Of a stretch of 64,000 bases of DNA, positions 8,451 through 18,475 are shown piece after piece. Position 1 is the stretch's first letter. Each line of letters begins with the position of its first letter. The translations under genes were made by a program, and so were the position numbers. The notes under the pieces are model-generated. The model did not search any database. It was given only the letters and a program-made list of their open reading frames with translations, and was not told where the DNA came from. The DNA comes from an uncultured delta proteobacterium (GTDB lineage Bacteria; Myxococcota; B64-G9), in NCBI GenBank assembly GCA_963754925.1, contig CAVWHX010000010.1, positions 1 through 64,000 on the forward strand, in the 5' to 3' direction.

Positions 8451-10949
8451 CTAGCCGGATTTAATGCGCATCGAGTAGAACGACCGATAGACGAAGATGA
8501 CGGAGATCAAGAAGAATACGCCGGCAAGAGCCAGTCTAGTCGGGGTTCCGCGGCCGACTCTCTCAGCCAGTTCGACCGCCAGCAGACCGAATAGGGTGGT
8601 GAACTTGATCACCGGATTCATGGCGACCGAAGAGGTATCCTTGAAGGGATCGCCGACGGTGTCACAAATGACGGTGGCCGCGTGCAAGGGGCTACCTTTT
8701 TCCTTGAGTTCGGTCTCGACGATTTTCTTGGAATTATCCCAGGCAGCGCCCGCATCGGCCATGAAGATGGCCTGGAATAACCCGAAGAGAGCGATCGAGA
8801 TGAGGTAGCCGATGAAAAAGAATGAGTCCAGAAACGCACACGCCAAGGCGCTGAAGAACACCGTGATGAAGATGTTGAACATACCTTTCTGGGCGTATTG
8901 AGTACAGATTTCAACAACTCTCTTGCTATCGCTGATTGACGCCTTTTCGGCTGAACCGTCCAGCTTGATGTTGGCCTTGATGAACTCGACCGCGCGGTAG
9001 GCTCCGGTCGATACCGCTTGCGTCGAAGCGCCGGTGAACCAGTAGATCACCGCGCCGCCGGCAATCAAGCCCAGCAAGAACATCGGATTGAGCACCGAGA
9101 ATTGGCCGGAAGCTAGATTGAGGAGATCCTGGGTGATCTTATGGATTATCCCCTCGCCATGGCCCGACGCTGGGTTGGCAAGCATAACGATGATTGAGAA
9201 GATCAAGGTGGTCGCGCCGACTACTGCGGTGCCGATCAGCACGGGTTTGGCCGTGGCCTTGAAGGTGTTTCCGGCTCCATCGTTTTCTTCGAGAAAGCCT
9301 TTGGCTTTATCGAAGTTGACCTCGAAGCCGAAATCTTTCTTAATCTCTTCTTTGATGTTGGGCAGCGTCTCGATCATAGACAGCTCATAGACCGACTGGG
9401 CGTTATCGGTAACCGGGCCGTAGGAATCAACCGCGATGGTTACCGGCCCCATGCCCAAGAAACCAAAGGCCACCAAGCCAAAGGCAAAGACCGACGGCGC
9501 CACCATGAACTGACCGAGACCCAAGGTGCTTACCGCATAGGCGATCGCCATCAGCAACATAATGCTGAGACCCATCCAGTAAGCCGAGAAGTTGCCAGCG
9601 ACGAATCCCGAAAGAATGCCTAAGGACGCTCCACCCTCGCGGGCCGAGGTAACCACCTCCTGCACGTGGCGCGACTTGGTTGAGGTGAAGACCTTGACCA
9701 ACTCGGGGATGATGGCGCCGGCCAAGGTGCCGCAGGTGATGATCGTCGATAGCTTCCACCATAAGGTGGTATCGCCGCTGAGATTCGGGATCAAAAGATA
9801 TGAAGCCGCATAGGTCACCGCCACCGATACAAACGAGGTCAGCCATACCAACGTGGTGAGGGGCGTTTCGAAGTTCATCTTGTCGGCGTTCTTAAAGCGA
9901 GCCGAAGCGATTATGCCGTTGATCCAATACGATGCCGTGGAGGTTATGATCATCATGACGCGCATGACGAAAATCCAGACCAAGAGCATGAGCTGGATGT
10001 TCGTGTCGGCAACCGCGAGAAGGATAAAGGTAATCAGCGCGACGCCCGTAACACCGTAGGTCTCAAATCCGTCAGCGGTCGGCCCGACCGAGTCGCCGGC
10101 GTTGTCGCCCGTGCAATCGGCAATTACACCGGGGTTACGCGCATCGTCTTCTTTAATTTTAAACACGATCTTCATTAAGTCCGAACCAATGTCGGCTATC
10201 TTGGTGAAGATGCCGCCGGCGATACGCAGCGCCGCTGCGCCCAGGGATTCACCAATGGCAAATCCGATAAAGCAAACTCCCGCGAGGTTGCCCGGAACAT
10301 AGAGCATGATGGCCAGCATGATGATCAGTTCGATGCTGATGAGCAACGTGCCGATGCTGATGCCGGAGCGCAACGGAATCGCATAGGTCGGGAATGGCTT
10401 GCCCTTGAGACTGGCAAAGGCTGAACGCGAGTTGGCGAAGGTATTGAGCCGCATGCCGAACCACGCCACGATAACCGACCCCGCGATGCCGACCAAGCTG
10501 AACAGGACGATGATCACCACGTTCCTAATCGCTTCGCCGCCGGTCCCGATCGGTTTAAGGACGCCGAAATAAACCACGATAACCGCGCTGATGAACAACC
10601 AGAGCACCAGAATGAATTTAAGCTGGGTGATGAGGTAGGTCTTGCAGGTCTCGTAGATTAACTCGGAAATCTCTTTCATGGCTTTATGCACCGGGAGGTT
10701 CTTCAGGCGCATAAACATTACCATGCCGAAGATCATGCCGAGGACGCAGACGCCGATCCCGACGGTAAGGAGTGTGCTGCCCGGAATTCCTCCCATGAAG
10801 GTCACCGTTGAAAGATCCGGTAAAACCAAGTCAGCCTCGCTCGCCGAGGCGAGTGAGGATATTAAGAGCGCGGTGAAGGCCACCGCGGCCGAGACCACCC
10901 ATTTGGTCCATTGTGAGGTCCACCCTCCTGCACCACTAAATTTGTTCAT
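8451..10949 (-). CDS. hppA: Membrane-bound ion-translocating pyrophosphatase
   Basis: GGIFTKIADIGSDL, EDDARNPGVIADCTGDNAGD, DSYGPVTDNA, GNTFKA and DTVGDPFKDT; many TM segments; ATG 10949 behind AAGGAG. Confidence 0.95.
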   Translation of the reverse strand: MNKFSGAGGWTSQWTKWVVSAAVAFTALLISSLASASEADLVLPDLSTVTFMGGIPGSTLLTVGIGVCVLGMIFGMVMFMRLKNLPVHKAMKEISELIYETCKTYLITQLKFILVLWLFISAVIVVYFGVLKPIGTGGEAIRNVVIIVLFSLVGIAGSVIVAWFGMRLNTFANSRSAFASLKGKPFPTYAIPLRSGISIGTLLISIELIIMLAIMLYVPGNLAGVCFIGFAIGESLGAAALRIAGGIFTKIADIGSDLMKIVFKIKEDDARNPGVIADCTGDNAGDSVGPTADGFETYGVTGVALITFILLAVADTNIQLMLLVWIFVMRVMMIITSTASYWINGIIASARFKNADKMNFETPLTTLVWLTSFVSVAVTYAASYLLIPNLSGDTTLWWKLSTIITCGTLAGAIIPELVKVFTSTKSRHVQEVVTSAREGGASLGILSGFVAGNFSAYWMGLSIMLLMAIAYAVSTLGLGQFMVAPSVFAFGLVAFGFLGMGPVTIAVDSYGPVTDNAQSVYELSMIETLPNIKEEIKKDFGFEVNFDKAKGFLEENDGAGNTFKATAKPVLIGTAVVGATTLIFSIIVMLANPASGHGEGIIHKITQDLLNLASGQFSVLNPMFLLGLIAGGAVIYWFTGASTQAVSTGAYRAVEFIKANIKLDGSAEKASISDSKRVVEICTQYAQKGMFNIFITVFFSALACAFLDSFFFIGYLISIALFGLFQAIFMADAGAAWDNSKKIVETELKEKGSPLHAATVICDTVGDPFKDTSSVAMNPVIKFTTLFGLLAVELAERVGRGTPTRLALAGVFFLISVIFVYRSFYSMRIKSG

Positions 10950-11158
10950 GTGTGTCTCCTTGGATTGAATCAATGAGTCAGTCGAGCAGATTCATACCGC
11001 CTCTCGGTATTCCGTCACCGCCCGGGACCCTCGTACCGAGCGGTGGCCATCCCATATCAATTGATCGACTCGGAAGTCAAGACTTGCTGTGAGAGTTTTG
11101 CCAGATTTGTTCAGATTAATAAAATAATCTAGATATTATCTATAGTTGTAATAGGTTC

Positions 11159-11932
11159 TTAATTCACTAAAGTCCCCGATTTTTCGCGTTGATCGTCGAG
11201 CACGACCTGACGAAGAAACTTTTTCGAATTAAGCGGAGCCCTGATATGACAATCTATCAGACGGGCAAGCGTCTCCCGGACGACGACACGCGTGGTCGAG
11301 GTAACCGGGCGAGGTTTTTTGCCAGCCTGGAGAGCGCGTAGCAGCATGAGCGCTTCGGGATCAAGAGCAATGCTCTGAGATACGTTCGCGCACGCTTGAC
11401 AAACGATTCCGCCACGCTCCGGATCAATGAACCAATGCGTCGAACGCCGGTTCCCGCAGGTGACACAGCTGGTAAGCTGCGGGGCAAAACCAGCGATCGA
11501 TAAGAGAACAAGTTCGTAGGCTCGCACATCCTCGCTGGCGAGGGAGCGCTGATCGAGGGTCGCGAGGATCTTCACCAGCTCATCAAAAACCAACTTCTCC
11601 GTTTGGCCTTCGGCCACCAGGGCCGCAGCCAGCTCGCAGCTATACGCCATCTGGGCGATCCGCAACAAATCGGTATTAATCTGTTGATGGCCGTCGATAA
11701 GCTGGGCCTCCTCAAGGTGTAACCACCCGCCCCGACCGTTATCGGTCAGAACAACTTCAATCCGCGAACCTAACTCCAAACAACCCCCGAAACGCTTCTG
11801 ACTGCGTCGGGCGCCGCGCGCCAGGGCATTGAGCTTACCGTGATCTCTGGTTAGAAGCACGACGAGCCGGTCAGCCTCGCCGTGTTCTTGCCGCAGCACT
11901 ACCACGGCTTCGGTTTGAATTCGCTGTTTCAT
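11159..11932 (-). CDS. recO: DNA repair protein RecO
   Basis: GEADRLVVLLTRDHGKLNALARGARRSQKRFGG and a CxxC...CxxC Zn finger. Confidence 0.95.
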   Translation of the reverse strand: MKQRIQTEAVVVLRQEHGEADRLVVLLTRDHGKLNALARGARRSQKRFGGCLELGSRIEVVLTDNGRGGWLHLEEAQLIDGHQQINTDLLRIAQMAYSCELAAALVAEGQTEKLVFDELVKILATLDQRSLASEDVRAYELVLLSIAGFAPQLTSCVTCGNRRSTHWFIDPERGGIVCQACANVSQSIALDPEALMLLRALQAGKKPRPVTSTTRVVVRETLARLIDCHIRAPLNSKKFLRQVVLDDQREKSGTLVN

Positions 11933-11950
11933 GGCGTAGGCAAGCCCGAT

Positions 11951-12781
11951 TTAACCGGTCGGTTTTTTGGGGGCACCGTGAGGGGAGTTCGGTGTTTCGG
12001 CGCACGACAGTTGGTACAGCCGCTCACATTCTTGGCCAATCACGGTCATGCGATGACGGCGCCGGCAGGTGTCCAGTGAGCTGCAGCCGGCCCGATCATC
12101 ACCCTTCATGAGCTGCGCTTTCCCCAACTCTAAATAGCCCTGCATCGCCTGAGGACAATATTTAATGAAGTTTGAAAGCTCAGAGACGGCGTGCTCGTAA
12201 TCTTTGCGGGCCTGGTACATGAGCCCCAGGTACTCATAGCCAACGCAGTACTTTTCGTTTTTTGCAAGCGCGTCGCGCACCAGTCTCAGACCTTCCTCTT
12301 GTTCGCCAATTTGAAACTTCGCCCATCCCAAATTGCTTTCGGCCAAATAACGTTCGGGGAGAAAAACATATTCCAGAGCTTTTTCAAGCAAGGGCACGGC
12401 TTCTTGATAGCGCTGTTGGGTGATGTACACGCGGCCCAGGTTTGCGCGTGCTTCGTCGTAATCGGGTTTTAACTCGATCGCCTTTTGATAATGGGCGATA
12501 GACGGTGCGAAGTCGCCGAGAAAATAATACACCGAACCGAGCGCGAACTGCACCATCGCCGACTCGGGATTGAGACGAGCCGCTTCCAATAAATCGGCTA
12601 ACGCCTCCTTCAGCTTCCCGTCGTGCAGATCGTTTACCCCGAGGTCGTAGTGAATCTCCGCGTCTTTGATATCTTTAGGACCGGGACCCGACGCGCAGGC
12701 TGATGCTATTAACCAACCCAACGCGCAGGCCATGAATCGCACGGACGGCCGGGCGACCTGCTTTGGCATCGACGATTTCAT
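11951..12781 (-). CDS. tgl: TPR lipoprotein, Tgl/PilF-type type IV pilus secretin pilotin
   Basis: Lipobox-like IASAC, AEIHYDLGV, several TPRs and a Cys-rich C-terminus; myxobacterial-style context next to recO. Confidence 0.75.
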   Translation of the reverse strand: MKSSMPKQVARPSVRFMACALGWLIASACASGPGPKDIKDAEIHYDLGVNDLHDGKLKEALADLLEAARLNPESAMVQFALGSVYYFLGDFAPSIAHYQKAIELKPDYDEARANLGRVYITQQRYQEAVPLLEKALEYVFLPERYLAESNLGWAKFQIGEQEEGLRLVRDALAKNEKYCVGYEYLGLMYQARKDYEHAVSELSNFIKYCPQAMQGYLELGKAQLMKGDDRAGCSSLDTCRRRHRMTVIGQECERLYQLSCAETPNSPHGAPKKPTG

Positions 12782-12797
12782 GGTTTTCCGCTTCCGC

Positions 12798-13355
12798 CTA
12801 AAATGATGAGAGCATTCGTATAATTTTTACCAATCCCTCACGCGGCACGGCTGCCTGGCCGGACACCGCCTCGGGCTCGCTGACCTCAGCAACATCGCTC
12901 AGTTCGAGAACGCCATCGTCACCACCGGCCGCCACACCCCATTCGATTTGCTGATCACGAACAAACGCGCGGAGGTCGGAAGAGAACACCGGCAACCTTT
13001 TCATCAGAGCACGTTGGTTTTCTTCCGTCAGGTTGCGAAAGTTAAGGTTATCGACCATGAATCCCATGTTCTCAACAAACTGCAGTGCCTCCAATTCAAC
13101 GGCATGATAGCGGTCGAGGGGAATCTCGGGCGGGTCATGGAGAAAAACAAGGCACTCGACGCTCTGCATGAGATGCAGGTAAACATAGATCGAAAACGTA
13201 CCGGCAGTATTGCGCACCCCCACGATAAATGCCTTCGCTGGCTCGAGCGGTTTATTGGCTGCCGCGACCATCGGCGTATTAATCGATTCGATGATTGCGA
13301 CCAGCTGCTCGCGTTCGGCATGAATCCTGGTGATTTCGTTATGGAGTGCGAACAT
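12798..13355 (-). CDS. Conserved hypothetical protein upstream of tgl
   Basis: Intact 185-aa ORF in the operon; ESINTP...AFIVG...EALQFVENMGFMVDNLNFR resembles, from memory, the myxobacterial gene preceding tgl. Confidence 0.7.
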   Translation of the reverse strand: MFALHNEITRIHAEREQLVAIIESINTPMVAAANKPLEPAKAFIVGVRNTAGTFSIYVYLHLMQSVECLVFLHDPPEIPLDRYHAVELEALQFVENMGFMVDNLNFRNLTEENQRALMKRLPVFSSDLRAFVRDQQIEWGVAAGGDDGVLELSDVAEVSEPEAVSGQAAVPREGLVKIIRMLSSF

Positions 13356-13364
13356 GTATCTGTT

Positions 13365-14051
13365 TTACTGTGATTTAAGGGAACCGTCAAGGATCGGTAC
13401 TCCGTCACAACCGCTCGGGAAGATAATTTTGTGAAGTTGTATCTGCAATCGTACCGTTAACCGCGCTTCCAGTATCCACCGAGCCAACGCTGCCGGATCG
13501 AGCCGACCCGCCGCCGGCGAGAAAAGCACCTCGGTACCTTCGGGCAGCGGGCGCGTTCTCAGAAGTTCAACCGCCCAATCAAAGTCGATTCGATCACTCA
13601 ACACCATTTTAAGCTCGTCGCCGGGTTTTAGACGTTTCAGGTTATGAACATCCATATGCTCGACTTCACCGCTACCCGGCGGTTTCATGTCCATAATTAC
13701 CCGGACGCCTCGGGGAAGCGGTGAAATGTCAAGACTGCCGTTGGTTTCTACCAATACCGTTCGACCAGCTTGAAGCAACGCCTGGCACAGATTTACGCAG
13801 GCCGGTTGCAGCAAGGGTTCGCCGCCGGTCACCACCACCAAGGAATCGCCCTGTGCCACTATTCGCTCCATAACCCACTGAGTCGATCGCACTACTCCAG
13901 GTTGCCATGCGTTTTGGGTATCGCACCAGCGGCAACGGAGGTTGCAACCCGATAGACGCACAAACGTCGCCGGCCGTCCGACCTGGCTGGTCTCTCCGCA
14001 TAGGCTGCGGAAAAACTCGCACAACTCAAGGGTTGCCGGAGAAGTCATCAT
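13365..14051 (-). CDS. queE: 7-carboxy-7-deazaguanine synthase QueE (radical SAM)
   Basis: FVRLSGCNLRCRWCDT, VTGGEPLLQ, VETNGS and QIQLHK; likely start 14051 or 14048. Confidence 0.92.
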   Translation of the reverse strand: MMTSPATLELCEFFRSLCGETSQVGRPATFVRLSGCNLRCRWCDTQNAWQPGVVRSTQWVMERIVAQGDSLVVVTGGEPLLQPACVNLCQALLQAGRTVLVETNGSLDISPLPRGVRVIMDMKPPGSGEVEHMDVHNLKRLKPGDELKMVLSDRIDFDWAVELLRTRPLPEGTEVLFSPAAGRLDPAALARWILEARLTVRLQIQLHKIIFPSGCDGVPILDGSLKSQ

Positions 14052-14415
14052 CCGAGTAACTTGCCGCCGATCCTTCGGTCTCGAAGACACGAATTCGGTC
14101 GACCGTGACCGGTGCTTTAACAAGGGCAGTCTTAAGGCGCATGAATATCACCCGGGCTAAGTTTTCCGAGGATGGATTTTGGGTCAAAAACGCCTCGTGA
14201 CTATTAAGATCGGTGTGATCGAACTCCTCGCAAACCTCCATCAAGTGCCGGCGCAGGACCCCAAAGTCCATTGCCAATCCAACGTGGTCGAGAGCGGCGC
14301 ATCGCACTGTAGCTTCGATCTTCCAGTTGTGCCCGTGCGGGTTTTCACACTTTCCGGTATAGTTGCGGAGGTGGTGAGAAGCTGAAATAACGGTATGCAC
14401 GGTGATCTCGTACAT
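14026..14415 (-). CDS. queD: 6-carboxytetrahydropterin synthase QueD
   Basis: ASHHLRNYTGKCENPHGHNW, DHTDLN and NPSSENLA. Confidence 0.95.
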   Translation of the reverse strand: MYEITVHTVISASHHLRNYTGKCENPHGHNWKIEATVRCAALDHVGLAMDFGVLRRHLMEVCEEFDHTDLNSHEAFLTQNPSSENLARVIFMRLKTALVKAPVTVDRIRVFETEGSAASYSDDDFSGNP

Positions 14416-14427
14416 GGAAGCACCCGG

Positions 14428-15944
14428 TTACATCGCCTGACGACGATACCAAATGGAAAGTAATAATCCAACGCCGATCATGAACGTGAGGACTGAGGAC
14501 CCACCATAACTCCAGAGCGGCAGGGTGATACCGACTACCGGCAGGATGCCCGTCACCATACCGATATTGATGACCACCTGCCAAAAAATCATCCCCGCTA
14601 TGCCCACGCCGATTAAAGCCCGAAACGATCCCGCGCACCGGCCGCCACGTTTAGGATAAGCATCAACCAAAAAGAAAACAACCCCACGGCCAGCACGCTA
14701 CCCGCAAATCCCCACTCCTCGGCCCAAACCGGAAAGACAAAGTCGGTATGCTGCTCAGGCAGAAACTTGAACTGGGTTTGGGTGCTCTCGCCGTAGCCCT
14801 TGCCGCTCGCTTGACCCGAACCCACCGCTATCATCGATTGGCGCGCATGGTAGCCCTTTCCTAGTAAGTCGGCATTAGACTCCATGAATGAAATGATGCG
14901 ATCCTTTTGATAGGGCTGCAACACCAGGAACCAAGCCGCCAGCCCTACGGCGATGAGCGCTCCGACCGCTAGGATCAGACTGCGCCAGCGCAGCTTCATA
15001 AAGAGGATCATGGTACCGGCAACCATGAATAAAATGTAAAGCGTTCCCAGATCGGGTTGACGCATAATTAAAATGACCGGTAACACCACCAACACAATGG
15101 GACTGAGCTGATCATGCAGGGTGGTTTTCCCGCTCCGTAACGCCCACAGGACGCTCGCAGCGGTCCAGATCAAGCATACCCCGAGTACGACGAAACGGAA
15201 GCTGCTGATTTCCAGACGAATGTTTGGAACCTCAATCGCATCCAACCACCTCCAGCCAATCGCCAGCACCCCCAACACCACAATGGCATACGCCGGGCTC
15301 GCCAACCACACCAGGTTGCGGAGGGCGTTCTTTTTGCCGCGGCGTATAAACCACCAGGTTGAAAGCAGAAGCCACACGGCGCAGATTATCAAGAGCGTGA
15401 GACGCCAGTGACCGAACGGTATATTGAAGCTGTGAACTTCTATCACCTGTAACTTTTCCCAAAACAGGATGAGCGCACCGGCGGCGCCTATGGGATAGAG
15501 CGGAAGAGCCGGTTTGATCAGGTCAGAGAGGGTATATCCTTTCTCAATCGTCGTTGCGTCATCCGAAAAATATTTTGCCAGGGCGAGGATCAGAGCGATC
15601 TTCATAGTCTCGGCCGGTTGAATGTTGAAAAAACCGAAACCAATCCAGCGGCGCGCGCCCGAGACCACCCGTCCTGTCACTAAGACCAAGAGCAACGACA
15701 GAAGCGTCAATAAAAAGAGCATGTAGGCCCAGCGTTCGAACAAATGGTAATCAATAAAAGCCAAAGTGAGCGTCAAGAGCAGGCCTACCCCAAGCCAGAT
15801 CAACTGTGTCGTGGCCACATCGACGTGTGCCCAGCGCGAGGCTGACCATAGGTTGATGACACCAAGCGTCGCTATCACCGCGGTCGTGAGCAGTAACATC
15901 CAATTGAACAAACCCGTCTTCGGCAGATGATTCAAACTAATCAT
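14428..15944 (-). CDS. rodA: Rod shape-determining SEDS protein RodA with a large insert; one frameshift near 14620
   Basis: GARRWI, IQPAETMK, QPDLGT, GYHARQSMIAVGSG, FLPEQHTDFVF, then LPVVGITLPLWSYGGSS in the 14428..14670 frame. Adding one G to GGG (14619-14621) joins the two frames (505 aa). Confidence 0.93.
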
Positions 15945-16058
15945 GGTTTCTTTTCTCGATCGTTCCTCTCAAGAATCGCCCAGGGAACGAGTTCCTAAAT
16001 AAAAAATCCACGGTGTCGTTCCCGTATCGTTGAGAGGCTAGCGCATGGTGCACGATTA

Positions 16059-17948
16059 TCAAGCGCCAGGCTCGAGCTGTTCTAAATAGTAGGTTATCAA
16101 CTCCAGCGCCAATGGTGCCGCTGCGCTCGATCCATGTCCGCCGTGTTCATTGATAACCGCTACGACAATTCGTGGTCGGTCCACCGGAGCCCATGAAACA
16201 AACCAGGCATGATCGCGCATTTCGTATGGCAATATCTTTCCCCGATCGGCTCCCTGCGCCACTACCTGGGCCGTGCCGGTTTTGCCGGCAGCGCGAAATG
16301 ACACTTTTTGCGGTCGGTGCCAATACGCCGTTCCCGTTGGATCGTTCACGACACCCGCCAGTCCGTCCGCCACCACCTGCAACTGTTCGGCGGATGCCTT
16401 AACCTTAAAACGTATTTCGGGCTCGGCGGTCGTTACCGTCCCGTCACTCTCTTCCACGTGCAACACTATCTGAGGCCGGTAAACCGTCCCCCCGTTCGCA
16501 ATCGCGGCGTAGGCGATGGCCATTTGAAGGGGCGTGACGTTGACATCTCCTTGGCCGATTGCGTCGGAAATGGTGAACCCCGGCAAGAACCCCGTCCGCG
16601 TGTTGTGTTGATACCACTCTCGATTGGGGATGATACCCGGCACCTCCTGGCCCGAGTCAAATCCACTCATCGAGCCCAAGCCAAAGCTTTTGGCGACTTC
16701 GGCGATGACGTCAAGGCCAGCTTTGGAACCCGTACGATAGAAGAACACGTCGCACGACTGGACTAAGGCGCGATGCAGCTCAAGACCGCCATGCCCGCCC
16801 GGTCGCCAGCAGCGAAAGATATGATCGCCAAACTGAAATGATCCGTTGCAGGATTGTATGGTGTTCGGCGTAATTGCTCCGGAAATGAGACCGGCCAGAG
16901 CGGTGAATGGTTTAAACGTCGATCCGGGCGCGTAGTGCTGCTGCACGGCGCGATTGAGCAGCGGCTTATGGGGGTCAGCGATTAGGTCGTTCCACCAGCG
17001 CACGCTTACTCGAGAAGAGATTTGATTGGGGTCGAACACGGGCCTTGAAACCATCGCGAGAATAAAACCGGTGTTGGGATCAAGCGCTACCACGGCGCCC
17101 TCGCTGCCGGGAAATCGTTCCTCGGCCAGCGCCTGCAGCCGGGTATCCAGCGATAAAATCAGGTTGGCGCCCGGCACCGGGCTCTGCTTCATCGCCTCGC
17201 CGCCCAATACCACCTTGGCTTGTTTCTCGGGCACCCGCTGTCCGCGCGCATCGACCACCACCTGCTGAATACCAGCGGTGCCGCGCAGTTTACTCTCCCA
17301 CCCCTTTTCCACTCCCGATTTACCGACAGAGTCACCTTGTTGGTACTGATCATCTGATCCTTGTTCGGCCTCCCATTGTTGCTGAAGCTCATCCTTGCTG
17401 ATTTCACCGACATACCCGAGTAGATGCGCTGCTTCTGTTCCGTGGGTATACTGACGTCTGGTTTCGGACTGCACCTCGATGCCGTCGAGGACATCCAGGT
17501 GCTGTTTGATCATGACGAGATCCTCCCACGTCATATCCTGACGCACCAGCATCGGCCGGAATCGATCCAACCGCCGGGCATTCCAGTACACCTCGCGGGT
17601 TTTGTCGACTTCACTTTTGGACAGCCCCAAATATTCGGTCAATCTTCCCAAGGTGAGTTCGAACACCTCAGCCCTACAAAAGGCCGGGGTGAAATAGAGA
17701 TTAAAGGATGGCCTATTGTCAGCCAAGAGGACATGATGACGATCGTAGATCATCCCGCGCTCCGCGCGAATCCGATGATCGGAGACGAAATTGTCGCGGG
17801 AAAGGACTTGATATTCCTCACCGTGAATGATTTGTAAATAGTACAGTCTTCCAATGAGTGTTGTTAACGCCAGCACGATTATGACGACCATCACAATATA
17901 ACGGTTTTTGAAACGTGATGAATCGGGTTGATGGGTAAACAACGGCAC
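16059..17948 (-). CDS. mrdA: Penicillin-binding protein 2
   Basis: N-terminal TM, RGMIYDR, PGSTFK (SxxK), SCD and KTGTAQ; lies in the mre operon. Confidence 0.96.
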   Translation of the reverse strand: MPLFTHQPDSSRFKNRYIVMVVIIVLALTTLIGRLYYLQIIHGEEYQVLSRDNFVSDHRIRAERGMIYDRHHVLLADNRPSFNLYFTPAFCRAEVFELTLGRLTEYLGLSKSEVDKTREVYWNARRLDRFRPMLVRQDMTWEDLVMIKQHLDVLDGIEVQSETRRQYTHGTEAAHLLGYVGEISKDELQQQWEAEQGSDDQYQQGDSVGKSGVEKGWESKLRGTAGIQQVVVDARGQRVPEKQAKVVLGGEAMKQSPVPGANLILSLDTRLQALAEERFPGSEGAVVALDPNTGFILAMVSRPVFDPNQISSRVSVRWWNDLIADPHKPLLNRAVQQHYAPGSTFKPFTALAGLISGAITPNTIQSCNGSFQFGDHIFRCWRPGGHGGLELHRALVQSCDVFFYRTGSKAGLDVIAEVAKSFGLGSMSGFDSGQEVPGIIPNREWYQHNTRTGFLPGFTISDAIGQGDVNVTPLQMAIAYAAIANGGTVYRPQIVLHVEESDGTVTTAEPEIRFKVKASAEQLQVVADGLAGVVNDPTGTAYWHRPQKVSFRAAGKTGTAQVVAQGADRGKILPYEMRDHAWFVSWAPVDRPRIVVAVINEHGGHGSSAAAPLALELITYYLEQLEPGA

Positions 17949-17972
17949 GAGTTACTCCGGAACCTGGATCCT

Positions 17973-18475
17973 TTAATGAAACGAAAACGCCGACCGCATG
18001 ATCGGTGGCCCGCTGATTTGGCGTGCCACAGCCCAAATAGGTATTCCCAGGATGGTGTTAAGCAACGCCAGCGGCACCATCCAATAAATAACTGGCGTAA
18101 TCACCCCGGGCCCGACTTCCATCAATACTACGACCAAAACGAGGCTCGAGACAATACTGGCCAAAAATAAAAGCACCAATTGCGTCATAAGTCTATCGGG
18201 AAGCAACACCCGCAGACTCAACCGCACGATGAAAAACACCGTTAAGATCGATCAAAGCCTTCATGCCGAGAGGTGTTCCACCGAGACTATCGGTAAACAG
18301 GCCAAGAACGAAGACCACCATCAATCCAGGAAACGGGCGCAGGTGAAAAGCTACAAAAACCGCCATAAGCAACCCAAGATCCGGGTGCAGCAGTTCAATA
18401 TGGAACGCTCGGACAGCAACACTCTTTATCAGAAGCAGCAGGTATTCCAAAAACGGTAAGAAAGACAGGCCTCAT
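17973..18475 (-). CDS. mreD: Rod shape-determining protein MreD; two apparent 1-nt insertions (near 18446 and near 18245)
   Basis: ATG 18475 overlaps the mreC TGA. Fragments MRPVFLTVFG / YLLLL...PDLGLL...GLFTDSLGGTPLG / FFIVRL... are all hydrophobic, and removing two bases gives 166 aa. Confidence 0.85.

Noticed and set aside
10950..11080. Fluoride riboswitch upstream of the pyrophosphatase
   Set aside because: The GATGG..TC..CC / TGA..CCTA consensus arrangement was not found; only generic hairpins are present.
13365..14415. Dpd 7-deazaguanine DNA modification system
   Set aside because: No dpdA/tgt paralogue or other dpd genes; the context is housekeeping.
14428..18475. rodA and mreD as true pseudogenes
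   Set aside because: Only isolated 1-nt indels with all motifs intact, and the same error pattern recurs across the window.
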